A DNA stretch of 64,000 nt from Candidatus Aldehydirespiratoraceae bacterium (GTDB taxonomy: Bacteria > Actinomycetota > Acidimicrobiia > Acidimicrobiales > Aldehydirespiratoraceae). A program made the translations under genes and the position numbers. This document shows positions 8,469 to 18,149 of the stretch, piece after piece (within the stretch, counting starts at the first letter, position 1; each line of letters starts with the position of its first letter). Location: positions 2,346,506 to 2,410,505 of the forward strand of contig CBDHCN010000002.1 of the NCBI GenBank assembly GCA_965261185.1, written 5' to 3'. The notes under the pieces were generated by a model that saw nothing but the letters and a program-made list of their open reading frames with translations, was not told where the DNA came from and did no database searches.

Positions 8469-9434
8469 ATGTACTTCGGGGTAAGGCAGTATGCACGGCA
8501 GGCGCTCAGCTCTTCTATTGAAGTGGCCAAGGCGCTTGCCGACCAGATTTCCCGCGATCGTGTTGGCGGACTGTCTGCTGAGATCGCTTTCTTTGCTTTG
8601 TTGAGCTTTTTCCCGACGATGATTGTGTTGACGGCGCTGCTCGGATCGGTTGACGCGATCATTGGCCAAAGCGCCGCGCAGGAAGCTGAAGACTGGCTCG
8701 TTGAGCAGATAGTCAGAATCTTTGGTGGTGACAACACACTTGAGGCGACTGTCAACGACCTCTTTGACGGTAGCAGCGCCGGCGCGCTGACTATTGGTGC
8801 GCTTCTCGCTGTCTATGCGGCGACCCGTGGCTTTATTGCGGTGGTACGCGCGCTCGACATTGCTTACGATCATCAACAAACGCGAAGTTGGTTTTCTACT
8901 CGCCTCGTTGGCTTTGGGATCACTCTGATGTCGGTCGTCGTTGCTGCGGTGGTGATGGTGGCGCTGGTGGTCGGACCGCTTTTTGGAGAGGGCGAGCGAC
9001 TCAGCGAGACTCTCGGCGTCAGCGCGCACTACGTGACTTTGTGGAACTGGCTTAGATGGCCCGTCGTGTTCTTGGTGATGATGGGGTGGGCCGCAATCGT
9101 GTATCACATCGCGCCCTACCACCGCGCCCCTTGGAAAATTGAGTTTCCTGGAGCACTGCTGGCTGCGGTTTGGTGGTCGGTCGTTTCGCTCGGGTTCAGC
9201 ACCTACCTCAGCATCGTTGCTGCGGGAGCGAATGCTGTGTTCGGGTTTCTTGGCGGTGCCTTGAGTTTGCTGTTCTGGTTGTATCTGATGGCGATGGGGC
9301 TCTTGGTGGGAGCCGAGGTCAATTCGTTGTTCGCTACTCGGCTCGGGATTCCTCTTGAACGCGGGGACGACAACAAGTCTCGATGGTGGCGCAAGGTACG
9401 CTCGACTGATGACGGAATACAAAGCGCCTCTTGA
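8469..9434 (+). CDS. YihY/BrkB family membrane protein
   Basis: 321-aa ORF with LSAEIAFFALLSFFPTMIVL and multiple TM segments, typical of YihY. Confidence 0.85.
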   Translation: MYFGVRQYARQALSSSIEVAKALADQISRDRVGGLSAEIAFFALLSFFPTMIVLTALLGSVDAIIGQSAAQEAEDWLVEQIVRIFGGDNTLEATVNDLFDGSSAGALTIGALLAVYAATRGFIAVVRALDIAYDHQQTRSWFSTRLVGFGITLMSVVVAAVVMVALVVGPLFGEGERLSETLGVSAHYVTLWNWLRWPVVFLVMMGWAAIVYHIAPYHRAPWKIEFPGALLAAVWWSVVSLGFSTYLSIVAAGANAVFGFLGGALSLLFWLYLMAMGLLVGAEVNSLFATRLGIPLERGDDNKSRWWRKVRSTDDGIQSAS

Positions 9435-11205
9435 CGAAATCCGTTTCACACTTCGCCACGTCGCCGATCTAGACGCGCTCGGGCGCCTTGAGGGCTTTGA
9501 GCACACGGACCCCGACTTGGTGGATGGCCTCCTTGATGAGGCAGCTCGTTTCTTTGAGCAAGTGGTAGCGCCCACCAACCGCGACGGTGACCTGGTTGGA
9601 TCCCAGCGCAACGACGACGGTTCGGTAACTGCTGCTCCCGGCCTGGCCAAGGCTTACCGGCAACATGTGGCTGCCGGTTGGAACGGGGTCGCCATGCCCG
9701 CAGAACATGGCGGTGGAGGGTTTCCATGGCTGCTGGGGATCGCCGTTCAAGAGATGCTCGCGTCGGCCAATATGGGTTACTCATTGTGTCCGCTGCTGTC
9801 TCAGGCAGCGATCGACGCTCTGCTTCATCATGGTTCAGAATCTCAGCGTGAGACGTACCTACCGAAGATGGTGACAGGGGAGTGGTCCGGCACCATGAAC
9901 CTCACCGAGCCACAGGCGGGCTCCGACGTGGGGGCGTTGACTTCCAAGGCGCAACCCAATAGCGACGGCACTTGGCGGATTACAGGGCAAAAAATCTTCA
10001 TTACCTGGGGCGAACATGACATGGCGGACAACATCATCCATATGGTGCTCGCTCGTACCCCGGGTGCGCCTGTGGGCACCAGCGGTATCAGCTTGTTCAT
10101 CGTCCCGAAATTATTAGTCAACGACGACGGTTCGCTCGGCGAGCGCAACGATGTCTACTGCGTGTCTATTGAGCACAAGTTGGGAATTCACGCGAGTCCG
10201 ACGTGTGTGATGGCCTATGGCGACAATGGCGGAGCGGTCGGCTACATGGTAGGCGGGGAGAATGCTGGCATGGCGGCCATGTTCACGATGATGAACAACG
10301 CCCGATTGTCGGTCGGTCTGGAAGGTGTGGCCCTTGCCGAACGCGCTTACCAGCAGGCTTTGGATCATGCGTTGCTGCGCCGACAGGGTCGAGCTCAAGG
10401 TGCTGGCCCGGGAGAGTCTTCACCAATTATTGAGCACCCGGACGTTCAGCGAATGCTGCTTGACATGCGCTCGGCGATCGCGGCGATGCGAGGCCTCTGC
10501 TATCGCAACGCCGAGGCCCTCGATTGGGCCGCAAGAGGCCCCGATGAAGCGACCTGTACGAAGAACTCGGAGCGCGCCGCGTTGCTGACTCCGTTGTCTA
10601 AGGCGTGGTGTACCGATCTCGGTTGCGAACTCACCAGCATCGGGATTCAGGTGCACGGCGGCATGGGCTACATCGAAGAAACCGGTGCGGCGCAGCATTT
10701 TCGTGATGCCCGTATCGCCCCGATCTATGAGGGCACGAATGGTATTCAGGCGCTTGATCTGGTTGCTCGCAAGCTGCCGATGCGTGGCGGCCGAGTCGTG
10801 ACGGATCTGCTGAAGTCGATCGCAGACACAGTTGAATCGGCGGCCGAATTCTCAAGTTTGAAGATGGTGGCTGAGCATCTCGAAGCAGCGCATTCCGCGA
10901 CCTTTGCCGCGACCGAGTGGCTGCTTGAGCGGCGGAGTTCTGTTCCGGCCGATGCCCTGGCTGGGGCAACTGCCTACCTGGAGATGCTCGCGGTCACGAC
11001 TGCAGGTCAGGCTCTCGCCGACGGTGCAGTCGCGGCCGCTCGGAGTTCCGATTCCGATGCTGGAGCCGATGTGGCAGCGGACCGCGGCGTTCTGGCCCGG
11101 GTTTTCTCGGCGAACAGATTGGCAAGGGTTCCTGGAATGCTGGCTGCGGTCACGGTTGGGGCCGCTGACCTGCAGTCGGCTAGAACACGGTTGCTGACGC
11201 AATAG
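9409..11205 (+). CDS. Long acyl-CoA dehydrogenase (FadE5-like, with C-terminal extension)
   Basis: Part of ORF 9355..11205. The start is set at the ATG at 9409 ([15 protein letters not shown]...), the typical N-terminus of about 600-aa ACADs. ACAD middle and C-terminal motifs are present ([20 protein letters not shown]). Confidence 0.9.
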   Translation: MTEYKAPLDEIRFTLRHVADLDALGRLEGFEHTDPDLVDGLLDEAARFFEQVVAPTNRDGDLVGSQRNDDGSVTAAPGLAKAYRQHVAAGWNGVAMPAEHGGGGFPWLLGIAVQEMLASANMGYSLCPLLSQAAIDALLHHGSESQRETYLPKMVTGEWSGTMNLTEPQAGSDVGALTSKAQPNSDGTWRITGQKIFITWGEHDMADNIIHMVLARTPGAPVGTSGISLFIVPKLLVNDDGSLGERNDVYCVSIEHKLGIHASPTCVMAYGDNGGAVGYMVGGENAGMAAMFTMMNNARLSVGLEGVALAERAYQQALDHALLRRQGRAQGAGPGESSPIIEHPDVQRMLLDMRSAIAAMRGLCYRNAEALDWAARGPDEATCTKNSERAALLTPLSKAWCTDLGCELTSIGIQVHGGMGYIEETGAAQHFRDARIAPIYEGTNGIQALDLVARKLPMRGGRVVTDLLKSIADTVESAAEFSSLKMVAEHLEAAHSATFAATEWLLERRSSVPADALAGATAYLEMLAVTTAGQALADGAVAAARSSDSDAGADVAADRGVLARVFSANRLARVPGMLAAVTVGAADLQSARTRLLTQ

Positions 11206-11226
11206 CGGCAATAGGCTACGCCCAAC

Positions 11227-12078
11227 ATGTTTGTGGCTTCGATCCCCAGTCCGTCCCAGAGCTATCTGGAAATTGGTCCGTTAACGATTCGCGCCTACGG
11301 GCTGATGATTGCTCTTGGCGTGATCGCCGCGGTTTGGCTTTCGCAGAAGCGCTGGGAAGCCCGCGGCGGCGATCGTGACGACATCACTTCGCTGGCTATG
11401 TGGTGCGTGCCGGCAGGACTCATCGGTTCGCGGGTCTACCACGTGTTCACCGACTGGCGGTTTGATGAGGGTTGGGCGGAGCCGTTCAAGTTGTGGGAGG
11501 GAGGTCTTGGCATCCCGGGTGGTATGGCCGCTGGCGTGCTCGTCGGGGTCTGGATCATCCATCGCAGATCCTGGGACAGGCCCAATATGGTCGACGCCAT
11601 CGTCCCGGGCCTGCCGTTGGCCCAAGCGATAGGCCGATGGGGCAACTGGTTCAATCAGGAGCTCTTCGGCGGCCCCTCCGATCTGCCATGGGCGCTGGAG
11701 ATAGACGAAAAATATGCCGCCGCCCGTGGCTACACCGATGTGGAGACATTTCATCCAACATTTCTGTATGAGTCATTGTGGAACTTCGGCTTGGTTCTGT
11801 TCTTGATCCGGGTTGACAAGACCAAGAAACTCCGCGCTGGCGGGTTGTTGGCTGTATACGCACTCGGTTACCTGACTGTTCGTCTCTGGCTTGAGACGGT
11901 GCGGGTCGATCACGCCACCGAGATTGCCGGGGTTCGCGTCAATATCTGGATGAGCATCATCGGCATGGTCATTGCCGCGGGGTGGTTGCTGCTGCGTGGC
12001 CGCCGCCCCGAAACCGACGCCGAGGCGAGCGATGAAGGCGAATCTTATGACGCTGACGAGCAACAGGTTGAGCGCTGA
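11227..12078 (+). CDS. lgt: Prolipoprotein diacylglyceryl transferase
   Basis: 283-aa ORF with IRAYGLMIALG, GSRVYHV and GRWGNWFNQELFG, the signature motifs of Lgt. Confidence 0.9.
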   Translation: MFVASIPSPSQSYLEIGPLTIRAYGLMIALGVIAAVWLSQKRWEARGGDRDDITSLAMWCVPAGLIGSRVYHVFTDWRFDEGWAEPFKLWEGGLGIPGGMAAGVLVGVWIIHRRSWDRPNMVDAIVPGLPLAQAIGRWGNWFNQELFGGPSDLPWALEIDEKYAAARGYTDVETFHPTFLYESLWNFGLVLFLIRVDKTKKLRAGGLLAVYALGYLTVRLWLETVRVDHATEIAGVRVNIWMSIIGMVIAAGWLLLRGRRPETDAEASDEGESYDADEQQVER

Positions 12079-12088
12079 GAGATCGAAT

Positions 12089-12391
12089 GTGAGCGATCGC
12101 TCGGGTTGGACCAGTTTCGAGGCTGATGTGGCAGCAGTGCTGGATCGACTCTCCGAAGGTTACGTGGTTACCTACGGCGAGGTTGCCGCCGAAGCGGGTT
12201 ATCCGGGTGCCGCCCGCGCGGTTGGGTCGCTGCTGAGTCGCCTGCCCGACGCGGGACTCTGTTGGTGGCGGGTTGTGACAACTACCGGTCGCCTAGCGCC
12301 GAACTGCGAGCAGGAACAAGCGAAGCGCTTGCGGGAAGAGGGTGTCGAAGTTGTCGACGGGCGGGTCCGAGGCTTATCCCGCTACGCTTGA
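12089..12391 (+). CDS. Alkyltransferase-like (ATL) protein: MGMT DNA-binding domain lacking the acceptor cysteine
   Basis: Part of ORF 11972..12391; the GTG at 12089 avoids overlap with lgt. YGEVAAEAGYPGAARAVGSLLSRLPDAGLCWWRVV aligns with the E. coli YbaZ/Atl ...PWHRVV motif, with Trp in place of the catalytic Cys of the PCHRV motif. Confidence 0.6.
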   Translation: MSDRSGWTSFEADVAAVLDRLSEGYVVTYGEVAAEAGYPGAARAVGSLLSRLPDAGLCWWRVVTTTGRLAPNCEQEQAKRLREEGVEVVDGRVRGLSRYA

Positions 12392-12398
12392 GCGCGCA

Positions 12399-13571
12399 AT
12401 GCTGAAAGCCGGTACTTCTTCGTTCACGGAACTGGGCTTGCGCCACGAATTTGTTGAAGTCCTTGCCGCGCGAGGAATTCACTCCCCGTTCCCGGTGCAA
12501 GAACTGACGATCCCCGACGCGCTTGAAGGACGCGATGTCTGCGGGAAGGCCAAGACAGGCTCAGGTAAGACTCTCGCCTTCGGTCTCCCGGTGCTCCAAC
12601 GCATGAGCCGAGCGCGCCCCAAGTTCCCCACCGGACTGGTGCTGGTACCGACTCGGGAACTCGCCAGTCAGGTCAGAGAGGAACTCGCAGCCCCGGCCCA
12701 AGCCGTGAACCGAAAGGTGCTGGCTGTCTATGGGGGTGCGCCGATCGAAAAGCAGATTGAGAAGCTGCGATCGGGGGTTGACTTGGTGGTTGCCACACCT
12801 GGGCGCATGATTGATCTGATTGAACGCCAGGCAATTTCTGTGAGAGATGTGGCCCATGTCGTGGTTGATGAGGCGGATCGGATGGCCGACATGGGGTTCC
12901 TTCCTCAGGTCGAGTGGGTCCTGCGCAACGTGCGTTCCGACCGTCAGACGCTGCTGTTCTCGGCCACGCTCGACGGGGTGGTCAACTCACTGATCCGTCG
13001 TTATCAACACGATCCGGTGATGCATGAGGTGGTCGAACAAGAGTTCACCGCGAAAGAGATGACCCATCGCTTCATTGCAGTCCACAAGATGGACAAAGTG
13101 AAAGTTGCCGCCGCTATTGCTCGTTCAACGGACCGCACGCTCATGTTCACCAGCACCAAGGTGATGGCAGATCGTCTCGCCCGTGATCTCGCACAGATTG
13201 GTGTCAAGGCGGCAGCGATTCACGGAGACCTTCGTCAGAGCAACAGGGAGAAGTCGCTGCGTGATTTCACCAACGGGAAACTCCAGGCGCTGGTAGCCAC
13301 CGATGTGGCGGCCCGGGGTATCCATGTTGACGATATTGACATTGTTGTTCACTACGACCCTCCCGGGGACCACAAGACTTACCTGCATCGGGCTGGCCGC
13401 ACCGCCCGGGCCGGTGAGACAGGCCTCGTCGTCACCTTGTCTGTTTGGGACGAAGAATTGGAGATCAAGCGGCTCCAGAAACGAATTGATGTCATCGCGC
13501 CCCTGACCGCGATGTTCTCCAACGACGGGCGGCTTGCTGATCTAGCCGGCTGGGATCCCAACGCCGCCTAA
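12399..13571 (+). CDS. DEAD-box ATP-dependent RNA helicase
   Basis: Part of ORF 12342..13571, starting at the ATG at 12399. It has a Q-motif region, AKTGSGKT, DEAD (VVDEADRM), SAT and HRAGRTARAG. Confidence 0.9.
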   Translation: MLKAGTSSFTELGLRHEFVEVLAARGIHSPFPVQELTIPDALEGRDVCGKAKTGSGKTLAFGLPVLQRMSRARPKFPTGLVLVPTRELASQVREELAAPAQAVNRKVLAVYGGAPIEKQIEKLRSGVDLVVATPGRMIDLIERQAISVRDVAHVVVDEADRMADMGFLPQVEWVLRNVRSDRQTLLFSATLDGVVNSLIRRYQHDPVMHEVVEQEFTAKEMTHRFIAVHKMDKVKVAAAIARSTDRTLMFTSTKVMADRLARDLAQIGVKAAAIHGDLRQSNREKSLRDFTNGKLQALVATDVAARGIHVDDIDIVVHYDPPGDHKTYLHRAGRTARAGETGLVVTLSVWDEELEIKRLQKRIDVIAPLTAMFSNDGRLADLAGWDPNAA

Positions 13572-13616
13572 TTAATCTGGTTGACGCTCCGCTGGTCGGC
13601 AGCGGTAGAGTGGACG

Positions 13617-13722
13617 CCAACATTAAGAGCGATTCGAGCAGTGCAATCCCGGTTGTGCGGTTCGATTCCGGCAACCTGGGATCGGATGCCCAAGGTGCCC
13701 CACCCGCTCCGGCGGGAATGTG
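13617..13722 (+). ncRNA. Candidate SAM-IV (SAM-I/IV-like) riboswitch aptamer upstream of metX
   Basis: The core is CCGGCAACC, a hairpin (UGGG-AUCGGAUG-CCCA), then AGGUGCCCC. This matches the conserved SAM-I/SAM-IV binding core as I recall it. A closing helix pairs CCA(A)CAUU (13617-13624) with AAUGUGG (13716-13722). Extra hairpins are GUGCAA-UCCCGG-UUGUGC and CCCGC-UCCG-GCGGG. The position upstream of a methionine gene is the classical context in Actinobacteria. This is a by-eye match only. Confidence 0.45.
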
Positions 13723-13810
13723 GCCTCGGCTTTTTGAGCCGTCGCAACAAAGTGTCCGGCACAACCGGTCGCCGAGGGGCAGCGGAAAGTACCGGCCCCC
13801 GAGATCAACT

Positions 13811-15025
13811 GTGCACGACCCCGACTACCGCCCACTTCGCTATGACCCCGCCGAACGCTTCGCGTCAGGTCTTCCGGCGTCCGGTGCTTGGCGTCCTGGA
13901 GATCCTGTGGGAGAGCGGCGTTTCATGACCGTCACGGACGGTCGCCCGTTCGCCCTGGAGGGGGGAGGTCGGCTTGAGGAGATCACGTTGGCCTATGAGT
14001 CGTGGGGTGAACTCAATGCAGATGGTTCCAATGCTGTTCTTGTCTGTCACGCATTGACTGGCGATTCCCATGCGGCTGGACCGATTTCGGCCGGTCACTC
14101 CGGCGACGGTTGGTGGGACGAGTTCATCGGGCCGAACAAAGCGCTCGACACGAATCGCTGGTATGTGGTTTGCGCCAATGTGCTGGGAGGATGTCAGGGC
14201 AGTACTGGTCCCTCAAGCGACATACCGGGTGAGGACCGGCCCTACGCTGCGCGGTTTCCGCAGGTTACGATCCGTGACATCGTTCGAACCCAGCGTCGTC
14301 TCGCTGACCGGTTGGGTATTGGCAAGTGGCTTGCCGTAGTCGGTGGGTCGCTGGGGGGCATGCAGGTTCTTGAGTGGGGCATGATGTTCGGTGATCGGGT
14401 TCGTTTGCTGATGCCGGTTGCTACTTGCGCGGCCGCTAGCCCCCAACAAATTGCGCTGAGCGCGGTTGAACGTTTGGCGATTGTCAACGATCCCTTGTTC
14501 AACAACGGTGACTACTACGATGCTCCTCCCGGAAAGGGACCGTGGGCGGGTTTGGCTCTTGCCCGTGAGATTTCACAGATCACCTACAGGACCAGCGAGG
14601 TTTTTGACCAGCGCTTCGGTCGTCAACACGTTGATCAACGACGTGAGTATGACCAGTGGGGTCGATATCAGGTGGAGTCCTACCTCGATCATCACGGTCA
14701 GAAATTGGTGCGTCGCTTCGACGCCAATTCGTTCTTGGTTTTGAGCAAGGCGATGGATCTTCACGACATTGGCCGGGGCCGAGGGGGTATCGGAGCGGCT
14801 TTTTCGCGTCTGTCGAGTCCGGTGTTCACCGCTTCGATCACTTCGGACATTCTCTACCCCCCGTATCAGCAGGCTGCGATTCACGATCGCGTGATAGCTG
14901 CTGGTGGACGTTGCGACTACCACATTCTTGAGAGTCCGCAGGGACACGACGGTTTCTTGCTCGAGTCTTCGCTTCTGGGGCCTTTGATCCACGATGCCGT
15001 CGCCGAAACCGAAGCAGCCTTGTGA
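13811..15025 (+). CDS. metX: Homoserine O-acetyltransferase
   Basis: Part of ORF 13610..15025. It contains LAYESWGELNADGSNAVLVCHALTGDSHAAG, the GGSLGGMQ nucleophile elbow and a C-terminal HDGFL. The start was set at the GTG at 13811 so that the conserved LPASGAWRPGDP N-motif is kept and the riboswitch candidate is excluded. The start is uncertain. Confidence 0.85.
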   Translation: MHDPDYRPLRYDPAERFASGLPASGAWRPGDPVGERRFMTVTDGRPFALEGGGRLEEITLAYESWGELNADGSNAVLVCHALTGDSHAAGPISAGHSGDGWWDEFIGPNKALDTNRWYVVCANVLGGCQGSTGPSSDIPGEDRPYAARFPQVTIRDIVRTQRRLADRLGIGKWLAVVGGSLGGMQVLEWGMMFGDRVRLLMPVATCAAASPQQIALSAVERLAIVNDPLFNNGDYYDAPPGKGPWAGLALAREISQITYRTSEVFDQRFGRQHVDQRREYDQWGRYQVESYLDHHGQKLVRRFDANSFLVLSKAMDLHDIGRGRGGIGAAFSRLSSPVFTASITSDILYPPYQQAAIHDRVIAAGGRCDYHILESPQGHDGFLLESSLLGPLIHDAVAETEAAL

Positions 15026-16260
15026 CTCAGCAACCAACCGTTGAATCCGATCCGTCAGACTGCGGGAGCGTTTCGCTTGCTGGTAGTCCGCTGAGTGAAA
15101 CCTACGACGCTCGCACTGTTGCGGTCAGGGCTGGCCGGGTATACAACGACACTGCGCTCGCCCCGGTGCTGTGGGCCAGCAGCGCGTTTGTGGCCGACAG
15201 CCTCGGCCAAGCTCGACAATTCGCTGGAGACATCACCGAGCCGAAGTTCTATGGTCGTAATTCCAACCCGACGGTCTCGGATTTTGAGCACGCCATGACG
15301 GAACTTGAGGGTGCCGAGGCATCGAGAGCATTCGCCTCGGGTATGGGAGCAGTGAGCGCGGTTGTGCTGGGTTTGTGCTCTTCAGGCGATCACATCGTCG
15401 CCCAGTCACAGCTCTATTCGCACACACAGTTGTTGTTACAGGCGGTGTGTCCGCGTTTCGGTATCGATGTCACCTTTGTTGACGGCTCGGTTCCCGGTGC
15501 GTTCTGCGCGGCGGTAATCCCGGGCAAGACCACACTGGTGCTGGCAGAATCGCCGGCCAACCCGAAGCTGGCCCTCGTTGATCTTGAGTCGCTCGGTGCC
15601 ATCAAAGGCCCGGTCACCGTTGTCGATTCGACGCTTGCGACGCCGATAATACAGCGGCCCTTGGAATACGGGGTGGACCTGGTCGTTCACTCAGCTACCA
15701 AGGCCATCGCCGGTCACAATGATGCGATCCTCGGGGTGGTTTCGGGAAGCGATGAGCTGATCGCCTGGATCCGAGGTTTCGCTGTCCTTCATGGCGCAGT
15801 GGCGTCGCCGTTTGATGCGCTCAATGGTTTGCGGGGAATCCGGACCCTGCCTATTCGTGTTCAACAGCAGACTGAGACCGCGACTGTCTTGGCGACGATG
15901 CTCGAACAGCACCCGGCGGTTTCAGCAGTGTTCTATCCAGGTTTGGAGTCGCATCCGCAATATGAGCTAGCTCAGCGACAGCTTGATTTACCTGGTGGTC
16001 TCATTACTTTCGACCTTGCTGGGGGTCTTGAAGCGGGAGCTAGCTTTCTTGATCGCTTGCAACTACTGCAACGCGCTACCTCTCTTGGCGGTCCCGAAAC
16101 GCTGGTGACTCACCCGGCGTCGACCACTCATGTCGGTTTGCTGCCTGATGAACTCGCTGCAGCTGGTATCGAGGATGGAACTATTCGCATCTCGTGTGGG
16201 TTGGAACACGCTGATGATCTCATCGCAGACCTGACCCAAGCCCTCGCTCCGCTCGCCTAA
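15022..16260 (+). CDS. Cys/Met-metabolism PLP-dependent enzyme (O-acetylhomoserine sulfhydrylase / cystathionine gamma-synthase family)
   Basis: 412-aa ORF with a 4-nt start/stop overlap with metX. It contains YGRNSNPTV, SGMGAV and the PLP-lysine region HSATKAIAGH. Confidence 0.85.
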   Translation: MTQQPTVESDPSDCGSVSLAGSPLSETYDARTVAVRAGRVYNDTALAPVLWASSAFVADSLGQARQFAGDITEPKFYGRNSNPTVSDFEHAMTELEGAEASRAFASGMGAVSAVVLGLCSSGDHIVAQSQLYSHTQLLLQAVCPRFGIDVTFVDGSVPGAFCAAVIPGKTTLVLAESPANPKLALVDLESLGAIKGPVTVVDSTLATPIIQRPLEYGVDLVVHSATKAIAGHNDAILGVVSGSDELIAWIRGFAVLHGAVASPFDALNGLRGIRTLPIRVQQQTETATVLATMLEQHPAVSAVFYPGLESHPQYELAQRQLDLPGGLITFDLAGGLEAGASFLDRLQLLQRATSLGGPETLVTHPASTTHVGLLPDELAAAGIEDGTIRISCGLEHADDLIADLTQALAPLA

Positions 16261-16273
16261 GGCTGGACCTGCG

Positions 16274-16702
16274 GTGTCAGCAGGGCTGGCGAAAACCGAT
16301 ACCGTCGGGCCAATGAAATGGGTCCGGGCAGGCGCTGTGACACTGGTGATGGTCGGGGCGTTGATGTCTGGCGGTGTTGCCGCCGCTCAAGGCCAAGACG
16401 ACAACGGGCCGACGATCAACCCTGTTGCCCAAGCCGAAAGCGACGTTGACACCGCAAACGATGTTGACTTCGACAAGAATCAGGCCGGGATCGACCGGGC
16501 ACGCCGAACCCTGATCGTAATTGCCGCGTTGATGACGGTTTTGCTCATTGCCTACTGGTGGCACACGATTCCTTCGCGAAGGCTACGGGTCGCCACAAAA
16601 CGGCTCGCTGATCAGCGGGCGACAATCCGGCATGTTGACGCTGACGCCGCGCCGATTGATCCGAACACAGGGTCAGCTGATCCAACCCAAGACGTCTATT
16701 GA
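16274..16702 (+). CDS. Hypothetical secreted/membrane protein
   Basis: 142-aa ORF with an N-terminal signal-like segment (VTLVMVGALMSGGVAAAQG) and a second TM segment (LIVIAALMTVLLIAYWW). No recognisable family. Confidence 0.45.
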   Translation: MSAGLAKTDTVGPMKWVRAGAVTLVMVGALMSGGVAAAQGQDDNGPTINPVAQAESDVDTANDVDFDKNQAGIDRARRTLIVIAALMTVLLIAYWWHTIPSRRLRVATKRLADQRATIRHVDADAAPIDPNTGSADPTQDVY

Positions 16703-16744
16703 TTGTGGCTAGTGTCGCCACTGCGCTGGGGCTACGGTTGCAAC

Positions 16745-16975
16745 ATGGCAGAAGGACTTGATCTCGACGCAATGTTGGAGCGTTTCCGCGACCGGGCCGA
16801 AGCTGTAAAGAAGCGCAACCTTCCCCCTGTCGGCGGTGAGGAGCGGCAACTCTTTATTGCCCAGGCAAACGCCGACTATCAGGATTTTGCGATGATCGGC
16901 GACGCCGAGGTTTCCCTGGACGACGGAATCCTTACCCTCACCATCGACCTCCGCCCCCCGGCCGGTCATGAATGA
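16745..16975 (+). CDS. Small hypothetical protein
   Basis: Part of ORF 16703..16975, from the ATG at 16745 (MAEGLDLDAMLERFRDRAEAVKKR...). The composition looks coding. No family recognised. Confidence 0.4.
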   Translation: MAEGLDLDAMLERFRDRAEAVKKRNLPPVGGEERQLFIAQANADYQDFAMIGDAEVSLDDGILTLTIDLRPPAGHE

Positions 16976-17056
16976 CAACGCAGGAGTTGCAAGCACCCTC
17001 AGATTTGTTCGTTTTCTATTTGAGATGTGATATCCGTGCACAAGGGAAGGACTGTT

Positions 17057-18133
17057 ATGTCGCAAATGAATGAGCTTGGGTTCTTTACGTTGGCGGGAGC
17101 GCCCGAATCGCCTCGTGAGCTCGTTGCTGAGGTCCGCCAAGCCGAAGGGATGGGTTTCGGTTCGGTATTCGTCAGCGAGCGGTTGAACATCAAGGAGGCG
17201 GCGACGCTCTCGGGGGCGGTCGGCGTGATATCGGAGCGCATGGGTGTGGCGACTGCTGCCACGAATCACCACACCAGGCATCCGGCGGTGACCGCGGCAT
17301 TCGCGATGACTATGCACAAGCTGACCGACGGTCGTTTCTGTCTCGGTCTCGGCAGGGGTGTGTCGCTGTTGTCCAAAGCGTTCGGTCTCGAACCGATCAC
17401 GACAGCTCAGACGGAGGATTTTGTGGGGCTGATGCGTCGACTCTGGCGAGGTGAGTCGATTCTCGGTCACGACGGCCCGGCCGGAAGCTATCCCTACCTG
17501 TCGCTTCGTGGCGCAACCAGCGAGCACATTCCGATGGCTTGGACCGCCTTCGGGCCGAACTCTCTGGCCCTCGGTGGGCGCTGCTTCGACGCGGTGGTGC
17601 TCCACACGTTCTTCACCGATGAAACGACTGCGCGGGTTGTGTCTGCGGTGAAGCGTTCGGCCGAGCAGGCAGGCCGCGACCCGAGCGCCGTGCGTGTCTG
17701 GTCCTGTTTCGCGACCCTCGGAGATCACCTTCCAGAAGACCTGCGGTTGAAGAAGTCGGTGGGTCGTATGGCCACATATCTTCAGGGCTACGGCGATTTG
17801 ATGGTGCGTACCAACAATTGGGATCCAGCAGTGCTCGAACGGTACCGGGCAGACCCCTTGATCGCTGGGTTCCAGGGAGCAATCGACCAGGTAGCCACCA
17901 CCCAACAGCTTGAACATATTGCCGAGTTGGTTCCCGAAGAGTGGCTCGCGCCAGCCGCCAGCGGCAGCCCCAGTCAATGTGTGGAGAAGATTCGCGGCCA
18001 GTTCGATCTCGGCTGTGACGGGGTGATTCTGCACGGCGCCAGCCCCGACCAGCTGAGTCCCATCGTCGACGAGTACGCCCGTACCCGGCCTGTAGGTACT
18101 TTCGATCACTTGGCCGCCAACCCTGGAGCCTGA
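17057..18133 (+). CDS. LLM-class (luciferase-like) F420/flavin-dependent oxidoreductase
   Basis: Part of ORF 17027..18133. The ATG at 17057 is preceded by GGGAAGG. FGSVFVSERLN and RFCLGLGRG are typical of LLM enzymes. Confidence 0.8.
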   Translation: MSQMNELGFFTLAGAPESPRELVAEVRQAEGMGFGSVFVSERLNIKEAATLSGAVGVISERMGVATAATNHHTRHPAVTAAFAMTMHKLTDGRFCLGLGRGVSLLSKAFGLEPITTAQTEDFVGLMRRLWRGESILGHDGPAGSYPYLSLRGATSEHIPMAWTAFGPNSLALGGRCFDAVVLHTFFTDETTARVVSAVKRSAEQAGRDPSAVRVWSCFATLGDHLPEDLRLKKSVGRMATYLQGYGDLMVRTNNWDPAVLERYRADPLIAGFQGAIDQVATTQQLEHIAELVPEEWLAPAASGSPSQCVEKIRGQFDLGCDGVILHGASPDQLSPIVDEYARTRPVGTFDHLAANPGA

Positions 18134-18149
18134 CCGTCATCGGATCCCG

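Noticed and set aside
8436-9650. The upper 400 codons of the 706-aa minus-strand track ORF (7530..9650), rich in R/S/P/H.
   Set aside because: It is antisense to the well-supported yihY gene (8469..9434) and has low-complexity, non-protein-like composition. GpgS homology starts only at the ATG at 8435. This is a typical GC-rich shadow ORF.
13650-13680. tRNA-like T-arm string GGTTCGATTCC, considered as a tRNA or tmRNA fragment.
   Set aside because: The flanking bases do not form a 5-bp T-stem. There is no acceptor stem, D-arm or anticodon arm around it. The segment fits better as part of the SAM-riboswitch-like fold.
16709-18109. 466-aa minus-strand ORF.
   Set aside because: It is antisense to the LLM oxidoreductase (17057..18133) and the small ORF at 16745. 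Its Arg/His/Gly-rich composition has no motif.
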